Assembly: GCA_026770705.1 (NCBI GenBank)
Contig: JANJGN010000003.1
Span: 114,886,001-114,950,000 of the forward strand
Reading direction: 5' to 3'
Origin: Isurus oxyrinchus
Taxonomy: Eukaryota
DNA: 64,000 nucleotides
In this document: positions 63,841 through 64,000 of the stretch, piece by piece
How the letters are laid out: every line of letters starts with the position of its first letter
Position numbering within the stretch: position 1 is the stretch's first letter
Made by a program: the position numbers and the translations under genes
Notes under the pieces: model-generated
Database searches by the model: none
What the model was told of the DNA's origin: nothing
The model's input: the letters and a program-made list of their open reading frames with translations, nothing else

Positions 63841-64000
63841 GTGAAAGTGAAGCAATCATATTTAGGCTATTATCAACAATTGCATGCTTCTGCCCTTATC
63901 TCCACCAAATTCTTCACTAGCCACTTTTAGACAAAGTCCTGCAAATCAACTGTATCACCAAGAACGCCACCTCCAACCTTTGCAAGTTTGCCCACCTCTG

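Noticed and set aside
1-64000. Treating the supplied ORF track as prokaryotic genes, operons or a defence system
   Set aside because: The window is vertebrate intron-exon DNA. The ORFs are short, overlap on both strands, and map to transposon debris or chance frames.
57720-64000. Neurabin-1 NFTFNDDFSP and SAM-domain exons
   Set aside because: I found no matching peptide by eye; these exons probably lie beyond the window.

Overview
Eukaryotic genomic DNA, not prokaryotic. The repeat families point to a cartilaginous fish, most likely a shark (inference). The window lies inside a large gene, neurabin-1 (PPP1R9A), on the + strand. I read nine GT-AG exons that splice in one continuous frame: 2663-2892, 2987-3083, 6966-7158, 14635-14685, 30634-30791, 38184-38502, 39137-39224, 45226-45309 and 51776-51974. 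They encode the coiled coil and the long-isoform region; the SAM-domain exons were not found. The introns are mostly decayed, often nested transposons: CR1, L2 and RTE LINEs, a tRNA-headed LINE with a derived SINE, Deu-domain SINEs, Penelope-like elements with hammerhead remnants, and PIF/Harbinger derivatives and MITEs. The standout is a full-length, TSD-flanked Tx1-clade retrotransposon (52457-57702, - strand). Its first 25 nt match U2 snRNA nt 11-35, as expected for a Keno-like U2-targeting element, yet it sits in a protein-coding intron with the U2 piece inside the TSD. Almost all ORFs in the supplied track are transposon debris or spurious. All family and homology calls come from recalled motifs, not database searches.
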